A stretch of 64,000 nucleotides of DNA from Felis catus (lineage: Eukaryota): the NCBI RefSeq assembly GCF_018350175.1, contig NC_058368.1, positions 4,464,001 to 4,528,000 on the forward strand, read 5' to 3'. Shown here piece by piece: positions 41,261 to 53,083 of the stretch (positions are counted from its first letter, which is position 1; each line of letters opens with the position of its first letter). The translations under genes were made by a program, and so were the position numbers. The notes under the pieces were generated by a model. That model saw nothing but the letters and a program-made list of their open reading frames with translations. It was not told the DNA's origin and ran no database searches.

Positions 41261-41689
41261 ATATTTCTAGATAAATATTAAAACCAGCTAGACTTGTCTA
41301 GGATTATATCGCCATCTCATGGAAACTTCTAAATATCACAGCGTCCAGTTTGATGGCAAAGTATTTTTAGACAAGAAAATACAGATGTTTCCTTTTGAAG
41401 TCACAAACTTACACCATTTCAGGAAATTGAATTGTTTTCTTGGAGCCAAATTCCATAAATAATCTACACCATCCTCTTTTGTTTAACTCAGAAGTGACTG
41501 GTCATAGTTGAATTGAAATGGCACAGACCAACCTCTGCTAAAGGGTCTATATTTTTCCTTTTAAATTTTTTCAAAATGTATTACAATTATTTCAATAATA
41601 AAAAGATCTCAAGATCATAAAGGCATCAAATTGGGGTAAACTCCATTTTGTCCTCCAGCTAGGGAAGAGCTAACATCTATCCTTCCGTA

Positions 41690-41895
41690 ATTTTTTTTTA
41701 ATGTTTATTTATTTTCGAGAGAGACAGAGCATGAGTGAGGGAGGGGCAGAGAGGGGGGAGACACAGAACCCGAAGCAGGCTCCAGGCTCTGAGCTGTCAG
41801 CACAGAGCCCGACGCGGGGCTCGAACTCACAAGCCATGAGATCATGACCTGAGCCGAAGTCGGACGCTTAACCGACTGGGCCCCCCAGGCCCCCC
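41690..41895 (-). mobile_element. CAN-SINE
   Basis: Reverse orientation full element. Confidence 0.9.
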
Positions 41896-43112
41896 TGTCA
41901 TTTATTTCTCTGGTTTTGAGCACTTGCTTAGACCTCAAGCCTAGCACACAGACAACCTTCAACAGATGACTGTGAATAACCAAATATGCTCTGCTCCCAA
42001 ATAAGCAGGGAAATAAGCTATGGCACTATCTTTAATACGAAAATTGAGAAGAGGGACGTGAGGGTTTGCACAAGGACTACAGTAGACGTTATATGAATAC
42101 GTCATTAGTAAAAATAAGAAGGTGCGTTTGTGCTTCTTACAAAGCCATAAATTGGATCCTCAGTTTCGTTAGTTCAGCCCACAATTGATGCACTCAATTT
42201 AATTGCACTGTGTGTCGTGGAATTGATGCACCTTTTAATTCCTCTACGTGTTTCTCCAGAATGCACGAGAGCTAGGAGCGCTTCTCTCCCGCCCTTCCCT
42301 CCCCCTTCCCCCTCCCTGCTCTCACCTGGATCACTGCCACCCCCACCCCATCTCCACACTGCAGCTAGACTAGGGAGCACTTATTAGGCGCCACCCTAGG
42401 TTACAAGGACAGCCACTGCATCTTTCCGCTTGCTTATTTTCAGTACGTCACCAACAATTATTTGTTGAATGATTTAAAAAGAGAGAGAAAAAAAGAACTT
42501 TCGAAAGAAATATCCTGGCTCCAAATGTGTGCGACGCAGCCTTTGGGGACGTGGCTGGGTATTAAATCTAATCCGTGTCGATGCCTTCGGTGGAGATCAC
42601 TAGTTTCTCCAACCCCCCCCCCTTGCTCCTCGTAATAGAAATTTGAGGCGGCATGTGGCTGCCCGCAGTGGACATTTCCCAGCCTCCCTTGCAGAGGCCC
42701 GGAAAATACGAGGAAACTGGATTCTGGCCGGTGGGAATGAACAAGAGGGATCTGTGCAAGGACCACAGGCTTCACGGGGGAGGAGGGCTGCTCCACCCTC
42801 CCCGGGCCCCTTGCCCCTCCCTGCGGCTGGGGTGTGCGTGGGTGGGTAGGGGGGGTGGTGAGACGTCTTGGGACTCCTTGAAGGAGAGCCACCCTTCGGG
42901 GATAGAAAATCTCTGGTCCCTGACGGCCACGCAGACCAGACCCGCCCCGCCGGCCCGTCTCTGACACGAGAGAGAAGTACATCACAAGCCTGCTGGAGCC
43001 ACTGTTATTTGGGGTCTCCCTCCCTACTGCTAAGCCCACGTCTTGACTAACGCGAGGCACCTGCTGCCACAGGGGTGAGCATTCATCCCAGCGAGGAAGG
43101 TCGGTGGCCATG

Positions 43113-43615
43113 TGTCGTGGGCCCAATCGTCAGAGTTGCTGAGCACTCGCTGGATACGCAGCCCTCCAGGCGATAGATTAAACAAGCGGCCACGGTCCTG
43201 CCTGAGCCGGATCCATGTGAATCACAGGGAACAGACGCGACCCTCCCACCGAACGCCCAACCCTCGGGGCCCGAGGACCCTGGGATTCTGCTGTGATCCC
43301 CTAGACCTGACACACTGCCCCGGGGGTGGGCGGTGGGCAGAGGGACACAGACCGCAAAGGACTTTGGAGCTACGGTTTTTTAGACCCCCCGCAACAGGTC
43401 CTGACTGGGTTTCTGGGTTGTTTCTCCTTTGCCTGACCTACACGGTGCCTTCACTACTGAGCTCCTGGTTAAGGTCACTCGGTTTAATAAAAGACCTGCC
43501 AGAATCGAGCTGAGCGGCGCACAGTGGGTCTCCCAGCCTCCGAGCTTCTGCTCTGCTTCTTGCGTGTAACACGCGAGAGAAGAAACCACCCCGAACACCC
43601 CTCCCCGACTTGACA
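43113..43615 (+). mobile_element. Probable solo ERV LTR (ERVL-class, family uncertain)
   Basis: TGTC...GACA termini ~500 bp apart; AATAAA at ~43486 followed by a pyrimidine-rich U5-like segment; no clear TSD. Confidence 0.45.
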
Positions 43616-44101
43616 CTTCACGAACCTAAAAATCAAAAGATTGTCGCTCATCGAGTACCTTTTCTTCCACATGCCCCGCACATTGTATTTCTTCTTTAAC
43701 GTATGTTGAGGGGCTTGTTTTCAAGCTACGCCGTGTAAGTGATGAAGTACGGCCGTCCCTATAAACACGCACACGCTCAAATTTGTGCCAAATAATCTAC
43801 GAGCTCCTCTAGAAAGCTCTCGGGGTGGGGGTCTACCCTTACGCCTTCTCCTGTAGCTTCATCCCTCCTCCCGGCCAGTTTGCAGGGTTCTGGAAGAACC
43901 TCAAGATCTGCTTTTGTCTCCTGTTCACCTCTTCCGCAAATGAATTCTGAAACCAGCGTGCTCCTTTCCCACCCAAAACTCGGCAGACAGCTGCCTGCCG
44001 CGCCAATAACTAAGCACGATCGTCACACACGGATTAAGAGCTGCTTTAGGACTCCCATGCCTTAAATCAAAACCAAAGCAGCGGTTTCCTAACGCACTTA
44101 C

Positions 44102-44140
44102 CTGAACCCCGGGGCCACGGGCTGCATGCAGGTGCTGCAC
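44102..44140 (-). other. C1QTNF9: Candidate non-coding exon 1 of C1QTNF9 (5' boundary approximate)
   Basis: Consensus donor TTCAG|GTAAGTG at 44102/44101 with TATA-like TTTATTTAG at ~44162-44170. The coding exon at 35828 has an acceptor, so an upstream exon is needed. Confidence 0.45.
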
Positions 44141-46734
44141 AAACCAGGAATCTAGGGCTCACTAAATAAAATCACGCCTTCCTGCCACATAATTCCCTAG
44201 TGGATGTATCTGCAAAACAGCAGGAAGGGGAGGGAACCGAGTAAGGCACAAGATGTTTTGGAAGAGCTTCAAAACTTGCAGCCAGACTGGAGTCAGGTAG
44301 CGTCTTCTAGCACTATCTGTTCAGAAGACTCGGCTCTTTACCCCCCTGTCCTTTTTAACCAAGGGAGAGAAAGCGAGGTACACTTCCGAGTCTGGAAGAA
44401 GGAATCCCCACGGCCGGTGTCTTTCCGTAAAGTGACGTTTGTGCCTTTGCTTCGGCCGCCTCCCCGCCGACCTCGGGCCAATTGCGGGCCAACAGGATGA
44501 CAGATTGCTGGGATTCCAGATCCCTGGAAGGGACTTCATTTAACGAGATCCCTCAAACTTCTGCGTGGGTCCTGTGATGGTAGACACCGTGTGTACCTTG
44601 GTATTTAACGCGCGTTCTCTTCACACACACACCACCTGCCACTGGAAGAGGCACGGTGCGACTGTTTTTTGGACGCCACGTAACCATTAACGTTTCGTTT
44701 TGCCCCCATCAGAGTTCATTAACACGGATCTCTAACTGAAAAATAGCCTCAGGAGGACAAACGTACACAACGCTGTTTTTCAGAGGCTGTTGAGAACCAA
44801 CTCGGACAACCTAGCTGGACTGCAGAGGCCACACAGAGAAGGGGGGATGCGGGCTGGGCAAGTCCCATCGGACAGAAGGAACACCCTCCCCACTCGCCAG
44901 GCGTCCGTTCCTCGTCTGTACCGCGGGGAAAGCAACACCAGCCTCACAGGGCAGGGCGGGATTTCGTTTGGCGACAGAAGCTGATCTGCTTTCTCTTCCG
45001 TCGTCCCGTAGCCTGAACTCCTGACCCGTAAACGCACCCAGACACCTCCGGTCACTTCTTAGTGGGAGGGGGGCAGCCCGAGCGTTGACCCCGGGGACAA
45101 CTCCTCCCTCCTGCTGTGGCTGCCCCTCCCCCACCGGTGTCACCCTTGTCTTCCCCTTCTCCATCCCTGTCTCCTCCCCTGTCCTCTTCCTCTGCCTGTT
45201 CATGCTCCGGGGGTGACCCAGGGCCGATCCCCTCCTTGGGCTGTCCGCTCTCGGCTTCCTTCCCGCCCGCACCTCCCGCTCTCACCTCTCTCTGGAGCCG
45301 CAGCGTCCAGCGGGTAGACCAGAAAGTCACACGGGCCCCCCGCCAACCCGGCCTCTCTTCTCCGCATCCGACGGTGGCACCGGCGCCCGGCCATCGCCCC
45401 GGGGCAGAACCCCGAAACCGCATCTCGTCTCCACAGCTGCGTGACAGGCTCACGGCTGAGCATCCTTCACCTGTGTCCGGCCTCGCCCTCTTCTCCAGCG
45501 TCGCCGCTGCGGGACACGGTCTCCCAGGTCACCCCTGGCCTGGTGCGAAATCCACCCTTTTCCCCGACCCCGGGATGAGCTGAGCAAATCCCACACGAGC
45601 CGAAATCCCACACAATTTCCTCGCCTTCCATTCTTCGGCCACGAAACGAAATCCCAGGACCTCACGCCGGTGGGCAGGTCCTTTGGGAGCCGGCTTCGAC
45701 CCCTTCGGTTTCTCACGCGGCCCGTCAGTTGGATTCAAGCCACACACCCAGGCTCTCCGGGGCTGGGGGGGGCCCTCCGGGATGCTGCCTGGGCCTTGCC
45801 TCCCGGGCCCCCTTCCCGCCCGGCCACTCGCCAGAGGGAAGGACTCCGTTACCCGAAGGCCGCGACTTGAACACCCCCCCGTCGCTGCACACTTCACTTC
45901 ACCGTGAGCTTTCATCACAACTCCATGTGCCTGTCTCCCCGCTTCGACCAGACGCGCCCTGGGAGGATTACCCAGTTCAGCTGGCCTCCCCGCTGCACAA
46001 GGCATGCTGTGCTCCACCGAGGTCGGCTACCCCTCAGCCCTTCTAGCAAAGCCCCCACCGCCCTCTTTTTACCAGTTCCTACAAATGGCACCGGCTGGGT
46101 CCCTGGGAGCCTCCCCGGGGAGGCCTTTCAGATTCCCAGTGTTCCCCCTCCCCCGCCCCCTGCCCCTAAGCTACCCCCTCTTCCAGGGCAGCCCAAGGGA
46201 AGGGAGAGAGCAGTTTGGGAAGGAGGTGGAGGTTAGGAGTAAACAGTGGGGACGGGCTGCCTGGCAACCCTCTCGGGGATACTTTTCACTGCAAACAATG
46301 GGCTATTTACTTCACTTCTCTGAGCGTTAATTAGAGAAGGAAATTCAGGCGAGTTCCCCGCCCCCAGAGGGTAGGCAGCGGATCTCCCGGTGAAGCGGCT
46401 CGATCTCCACCCGGAACGAAAGGCGAAAGGTGTGTAAAGGCCTGTGCGGCTCATCTACCGTCCATCCAAGAGCTGCTCCTACAGAGAAGGCCTTTTCACT
46501 CTGGGTGTGGCTTTACCAGGCTTATTCCAACACGTGCGGACTTTCTTCAGTGGAGCGGCTCCTCCCTGTTCCCCTGGGGACCCCTCCTCTCACACTTGTC
46601 TAGTGGTTTAAGCCTGATCATTCAGGGACGAATTTTTACTGACAGGAAGTCTCTCACTGTCCAGTCAGGAAATGAGCTGTAGATCCAGAAACCCTCCTAG
46701 CACTCACTTTCTTTTAAAAAAATACATTTAAACA

Positions 46735-46736
<2 letters not shown>

Positions 46737-46764
<28 letters not shown>
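46737..46764. repeat. (CA)n microsatellite
   Basis: Perfect CA run just past the SPATA13 3' end. Confidence 0.9.
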
Positions 46765-46769
<5 letters not shown>

Positions 46770-46799
46770 CTTATTTTACTACTCAAATGCATTACTGGA

Positions 46800-49700
46800 A
46801 CCAGTTTGGCAAATTAACTTTAATATACAGATACAAAACAACAAATATAGATTCACAGCATTTACAAGAAATCATTCAAATAACATTGTAAATAATATCT
46901 TTTTTTTTCTTTTTACAAAAACTTCATTCAACAGAAATACATATCAAGTTATAGCAGTCTGGTACAACACAGTTGAGCTGTCAACAGCTAATTCATCAGT
47001 TTCGAAGCTGTCACTTGGCTTAACAACATTGTCTTGATGTTGAAGAGTTAAAAATCAAGGAAAAGGTTACTAAAAGTTTGCAAAACGGGTAAACACAACT
47101 GATGCTAGTATTTACAAAAGAGACCAATTATTAAATTACAGAATCGGTTAAAGGATTTTCTAAATATAAAGGTTGATGCCTATGACAGAACTAAGACAAT
47201 AAAGTTAAGCGTGTTGTAGCTAAGTATATTTGCATCAAATATTTAAGCTTCTGGGTTTCTCTTTTCAAGATCAGACAGTTGGCTGCTTATTCTATTCAAA
47301 ACCATTTGAACTCTACTTCCGCTGCGCGCATCCTGAGAGAACAGCACCAGCCGAGTGGAATTCTGACAAGGACATCTGTAGGGTGAGCTCATTACAGGGA
47401 CACCTGCTTTTGAGCGGTTTGACCTCGCCGATCTGTGTCCAGCATCCCTGGCCTGTCAGCCATCGAAGGGACATTTACCCACACTTGCCACCGCTGGCCT
47501 GTGAGGGACACACGTGTTTCTGCTCTCTTCCATAAAACGACCGTACGGCACGCTTCTTCCTGACTCCAGGTACTCGGGCTGCTCTATTCGGGTAAATAAG
47601 TGGACTTATCTGTGTTGAGAAAGACCAGCAATTGGGGCACGTAGAGACTTATTTCCAACTTACGGATGCTGGATTGTGGCTTTTACAAGAAGATTTCCAC
47701 CGTGAAACAAAGTCTGAATTAAATGCACTTTTGTGTCTAGACGACAGCAACGTAGGATCGAGGGGATTTTCTGAACAGGCTTGGAGTTGGTCTTTGTCTG
47801 GACTAGGTATAAAAAGGCACAACAATATTCAGAAACAGCATGGAGCCCGGGGGTGAAATGTTTTCAACAACAACCTCAGATCTACCGGGGAAAAGAGGAG
47901 ATCTACTGAAAATCACACTATGAAGAAGGGACCCCGCGAAAGCTCTAGCACATTGCTGTCATCCTTTTTCTTATCTGTGGGCCAAAGATACAGAATGGTA
48001 TTTCCCTAGGATTTTACAAATGTCCCATTTTATGATGGTTTACGATTTACTGCAAGGTTGTTGTGCGTTTTTGGTAGGATTAAAACTGAGAAGGCTGCTT
48101 TTGACTCATGGTCATTTGAGTGGTCTTCCAAAAGAGTTGGCAAATTCTGAAATATAAATAGGAGAATAAGTGAAATCTGTCAAAGTGTTGTGCCATCTTT
48201 GTGATTATGTGTGAGTGTGTGTGTTGGGGGGAGCTGGGGGGGCATCCAGAGTATGCAAGGGGGGGGGGTTAAAATGAGACAAACAGGGAAAAGCAAGACT
48301 CCCAAACATACAGAATCCACACAGGAGGCTCTTGGCTTCCTTCTCTTTTTCTTCCCAAGAGGAACACGTGACTTAAATTAAGGAGGAAAGTTTGGCAAAA
48401 ACCTACGATTAGAATACTTGAGCCACGTATTCTTTATAGAACTCAGGCGTTTGGTAAGAAAAAAAAAAGAACTCAAGCTAGACAGATTTGAAGACGTCAA
48501 AGGCATTCTACCTTAAAAAAAAAAAAAGTCTCAGTTTTCAAAATCGCCTAAGATTTCAGGCAGTATCCACTCAGGGTGGAGATTTGATCGTGTGACTCTC
48601 CACACTGTCCCCAGTTCACGGGGCAGCCTCGTAAAGGCCCTGGGGTCCGAGCTTCCTTCTTCTGCTAGAGAATCCACGGAGGGACAGGTGGCACGCAGAA
48701 GCTGGGGCCGGGCGGGAAATCAACCCTGGTCACAGAATTTAAGCCCCTCCTCACTGCGCATTAATATCAGTAAATGGGAGCCCTGAAGTGGTTCTTCGGT
48801 TGAATTCAATCCTCATCGAAAATGTGACATAAGCAAATGTTTCTCTTTTCTTCCCTAAAGCAATTTTCTTAGATTAAAAAAAAAAAAAAAAAACAACTGT
48901 CCAAAACTGTCGTATAGACTAACGACTCCGTTTGGCACAGAGACTCCTACGGCTATTACTAAGGGGCCCACAAAAAGCACGTTAAGTGTGGTTTTCGAAA
49001 TCTATCATTGCATTTTGTTAGTAGAAGGATCGGTTACATAAACGCAACTAAAAGGGGGCGTCCTCCTCAGACCCGGAACAGCGCAGGCACGCACTCGCCC
49101 GGCCGCAGCGCCACCGCGCCTCCCGAGCAGCCCCCTCTGGGACGCCGCCGTCCTCCCGGGACCCGGGGCGTTAAGGGCCCCGGAAGCAGCCCCGGGCGGC
49201 CGGCCACAGGGCAGTACCGGCTCGCGGCGACACGACACGCAGGCGGGCGAGCACCTCGAGGCGGCGGAGCGAGTTGGGACGGGCCCGACTTCCAGATGGT
49301 GCTCCGAGGCCCGCTCCACGTCCAGGCTCTTGTCTTCTCGACGCGTGACGTCACCGCCTCTGGGGCCGGCCCTGGGTGGAGGGGAGGTGGGGGAGAAAGG
49401 AGGGGACAGAAGCCACGGGCGTCTCCCGCGCTGCCCCGTCCGGCGCCCCGGGTGCGTTTCAACGGCGTCGCCCTTGCGAAGCCCGTCTTCTGGAGACGCG
49501 CGTCCGAGTTCTTTCCATCCGGGTTTACAACGCGGGCGAAGACAAGGAGATTGCGACCGACAGGCATCGGCCCACGTGGCCCCCGGGACAGAGGACGGCC
49601 GTGTCTGGGGCGACGTGTACTTTTCATTCATTCTTACCGAACGGATCTCCGGAACCCTCCGGACAGCACAGTAAGGCCGGGGCTGGCCCCGCTGTGTGTG

Positions 49701-50698
49701 GAGTTTATGCAGGAGAAGTCGGCTTCAGCTTCGGGTCCTGAGGGGGGCTGCTGGGAACCGCGTGCTTTCTCGGCGGACCGTTCGGGGCGCCGTCACTGGA
49801 TTGGTGGGGACGCCACAACAACTGGCGGGAAAACCTTGGATGTTCTAAGAACGCCTTGCAACGGCTGCAGGTGCGTTATTTAATTTATCGTAAAATTAAA
49901 GCAGGTGGGGTTTCATATCGCAAACAGGTGCGTCCGATTAGTCTGTTAGGTCACAGCGTGTGAGTGCGTGTGACTTCCGCCGCGCTCTTGCAGGAGGGTG
50001 CCCGCCGGGGGGGGGGGGGGGGGGGAGAGGGGGGGTGACACCAGCCCGCGGCGGGAGGCGGCACTCTCTCCCGTAAGCAGCGGCAGCTTCGGGAGGCTTC
50101 AGTGACCCCGACTGCACTCCGCCTGAGGGATTCACGGCGCTCGCCCCACCAGCCTGTGGGGGGCGCATCTGGCAAGAGGCAGCCTGCGCTATTTGGCAAC
50201 AATGCAGAGGACACCAGGGGACACGATGGCCACGTGCGCTGTGGCGGGAAGTCCCCTAACACTGTGGAAGAGAGGCAGAGCTTACCGGTGTTGGCGAGAC
50301 ACCTTCGCACCAACCCCGTCGCTACCGTCCCCCTGGAACCCACGTGCAACGGTGACGGTGCCATCCGGTCCGTCCTCGGGAAGGGCAGCACCGTGCGTGC
50401 CCGTCACGGCGATGCCCGCTGGGGTCACCGCTCGGCTTCCCTGAGGCCGTCGCTGGTTCCCACGGCCCGGCCGGCTCGGCACGGATCACGGAGGGGTCTC
50501 GTGGACACCGGGGCCGCGCCTCACGACCTTCGCCTCCCTCCCAGAGGGGAGCCGGGCCTCTGAGCGCTGAGGTGCGTCTGCGCCCTTCTGTTCCCCACGG
50601 ATCCCCCGAAACAGGTTCTCAGCTCTGGGGTCAGCACGCGAGAAACAAAACTGGTTCTCCTCTTGGCGGACGCCTCAGCAGAAGCGCGGCCTTCGTTT
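46800..50698 (-). other. SPATA13: SPATA13 3' UTR (~3.9 kb, end approximate)
   Basis: SINE-free stretch between the stop codon (50699-50701) and the ATTAAA. Confidence 0.6.
46819..46824 (-). terminator. ATTAAA, probable SPATA13 polyadenylation signal
   Basis: At the end of an AT-rich UTR-like block; followed downstream by AGTAAA and a (GT)n tract (46737-46764). Confidence 0.6.
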
Positions 50699-50874
50699 TC
50701 ACTTCTTGAAAGGGGTGAGTCTGTTGAACGTGTGCCAGAGGAGCGAGGGCTTCCTCTTGGGTTCCGCCAGGGCGAACACCTGCTGCTGGGGGACGCTGGT
50801 GGGCACGGTCACGTGGCGCTGGTGAAGGGGGTGCAAGCTCTGGTGCGGCAGGGCCACCGGGCACGCGCTGTAGC
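50699..50874 (-). CDS. SPATA13: SPATA13 terminal coding exon
   Basis: gggttag|GC TAC: GYSACPVALPHQSLHPLHQRHVTVPTSVPQQQVFALAEPKRKPSLLWHTFNRLTPFKK*; typical ASEF/collybistin-family C-terminus; frame not in the ORF track. Confidence 0.94.
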
Positions 50875-51475
50875 CTAACCCGAGGGGGGAGGGGGACGGA
50901 ACAGGGACCCAGCGTCACTCGTCGGCCGAAAAGGAAAAACAGCACCAACACTCGAATTCTCAGCTGATTCTTAATCCACACGCACCCGGAGGGCATCTAA
51001 GAGCCATCACGACGCTGCTTATGTGCAGACACTGCGTGTGCAGCCACGGATTAGGTGGCGTCACAAAAACCCTCCGGGGAGGGGACCTGAAACCCAGAGA
51101 GGTTGTGACCATCACCTGCGCTCACGCAGCGGGAGTGGCAGGATCAAGGCTGCTGGCGACCAGAAGCAGTGAAATGCTCCGAGAGCCTGCGGCCCAGCCT
51201 GCCCTGGCCCGAATCCTACTCTGCCGCTTACTGGCTGTGATTATTCAGGATAATTATTTGGGAAATTATTTGATTTCTCTGCACCCCCACTCCCTAAATC
51301 TGTAGTGGGGATAACAGCACCTCCTGGTTGCTATGACAGCTAAGTGAGCTAATATAAGGAATGTGCTTAGAACAGGGACCCCGAACTGAATTGCTAAATC
51401 GAAAGCGTCTTATTGGGATAGGGGTTTTCAATCTGCGCAGAGGTAATGAAAAAGGCTTATTAAAATTAGCTACGA

Positions 51476-51725
51476 AGCCTGTTTCCGATTCTGTGTCTCT
51501 CTCTCTCTCGGCCCCTCCCCTGTTCATGCTCTGTCTCTCTCTGTCCCAAAAATAAATAAAAAACGTTGAAAAAAAAAATTTAAAAAAAAAAAAAAGGGGG
51601 GGCGCCTGGGTGGCGCAGTTGGTTAAGCGTCCGACTTCAGCCAGGTCACGATCTTGCGGTCCGTGAGTTCGAGCCCTGCGTCGGGCTCTGGGCTGATGGC
51701 TCAGAGCCTGGAGCCTGTTTCCGAT

Positions 51726-51765
<40 letters not shown>

Positions 51766-51838
51766 CCCCTCCCCCGTTCATGCTCTGTCTCTCTGTCCCA
51801 AACATAAATAAAAAACGTTGAAAAAAAAATTTTAAAAA
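51476..51838 (+). mobile_element. 3' half SINE (51476-51595) + full young CAN-SINE (51596-51838) inside one TSD
   Basis: TAAAATTAGCTACGA at 51461-51475 and 51839-51853. Confidence 0.93.
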
Positions 51839-51959
51839 TAAAATTAGCTACGAGATCACAAGCTAACTGTGAAAGTCAGCGTGGCAGGAGGAAATAGCGT
51901 GGGTTCCCGAAGGAGCCAGGACTCAGGGCAGAAGGCATCCTTGCCCTGGTCTGGACTGG

Positions 51960-52081
51960 CAGGAGGCTCTCCTGGCCTTCCCACATAAGAGGTGCCTTCC
52001 TTTCGGGGTGCCCAGGTGCCCAGGAGGCTCTCTCGGCCTTCCCACATAAGAGGTGCCTTCCTTTCGGGGTGCCCGGGTGCC
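51960..52081. repeat. 61-bp tandem duplication (2 copies)
   Basis: CAGGAGGCTCTC..GGCCTTCCCACATAAGAGGTGCCTTCCTTTCGGGGTGCCC(A/G)GGTGCC twice. Confidence 0.92.
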
Positions 52082-53083
52082 CAGCTGCTGAGCCAGCGCT
52101 CCTGAAAGACAGCAGCTAACAGATTCTAACAGGTGATATTTACTAGTCACCTGCCACTCAAGTGAAGAGGCTCACAAACAATAGGTGTTTCTGCCTTCAA
52201 GGTATTTGTAAGTCAGTGGAAGGTGGGGGGGGGGTGGGCACGGTGTCTGCATTTGAGGGGAGGGAGCAGCCGGGCAATGGCAAGGTTAAGTGCTGTTTTG
52301 GTAATGAAATCTTCCAGTCCCCTGGCCCGTCCTGGGCTCAACTGGGTCTTGTTTTCCCATTTTCAGTTACAAACATACTGAATGGGACACAATTTATAGG
52401 ACACGTCGTTCTTAGAAAAGTTGACCCGAATAAAAGTTTCTAAGAACATGACAAATATTTTTGGAATAAAAATCCTTATTATTTCATTCCTGTTGGACGA
52501 GATCATGTGTATCACACGCACTGTAAAAATAAATCTTTGTCTGCACATCGGGACCCCCGGGCGTGACCTGAGCACTGCTAATTTCACAGCGCGTGCAGGG
52601 CAGGGGGGCCCTGCTCGAAACAGGCTGGCGTGCCTTCCTAACTCATCTCTTCACATCCTGCACTTTTAGGCCCGTTTTTCTTCTCTAAACTCGAATGCAG
52701 CCTGCACTGACGAGCAGTTTGGGGCCGGAGACTGCCTCCGGCCGTGCCCAGACCACGCAGGAGCTGTTGGCTTGCCTCAGACTGGCGAACTGGCCGGGCC
52801 TGGGGAAGAATGCCGGCACCTCCTCAGGACGGAGGTCTAGAAGCTCTTGGTACCGATTCAGAACACATCTTACAGGCTCACATTCAAATGTAGGCAAATA
52901 CTGAAACACACTCACACTCAAAAGCAAATGCAGATTGACAGACCCGTACCATCACCTGTACGCCTCCCCCTCACTGAAGGCTGGTCGTCAGCGGGCTAAC
53001 CACCGCGGCGCTCGCCTTGATCTGAGTTCCGATACCGATTCCCACGAAGGAGATGGGGAGACGAAGCGTCCTTCAAAACTTAC

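Noticed and set aside
42320..42370. Minus-strand donor CAG|GTGAGA as C1QTNF9 exon 1
   Set aside because: Matches an L2 remnant motif (ctctcacctggatcactgc); the 44102 candidate has better promoter context
49008..49883. 291-aa plus-strand ORF and the overlapping minus ORFs
   Set aside because: Lies in the GC-rich SPATA13 3' UTR; non-ATG start, multiple frames open, no domain
51960..52081. Direct repeats (also 16541-16640) as CRISPR-like arrays
   Set aside because: Only two abutting copies, no spacers, eukaryotic intron
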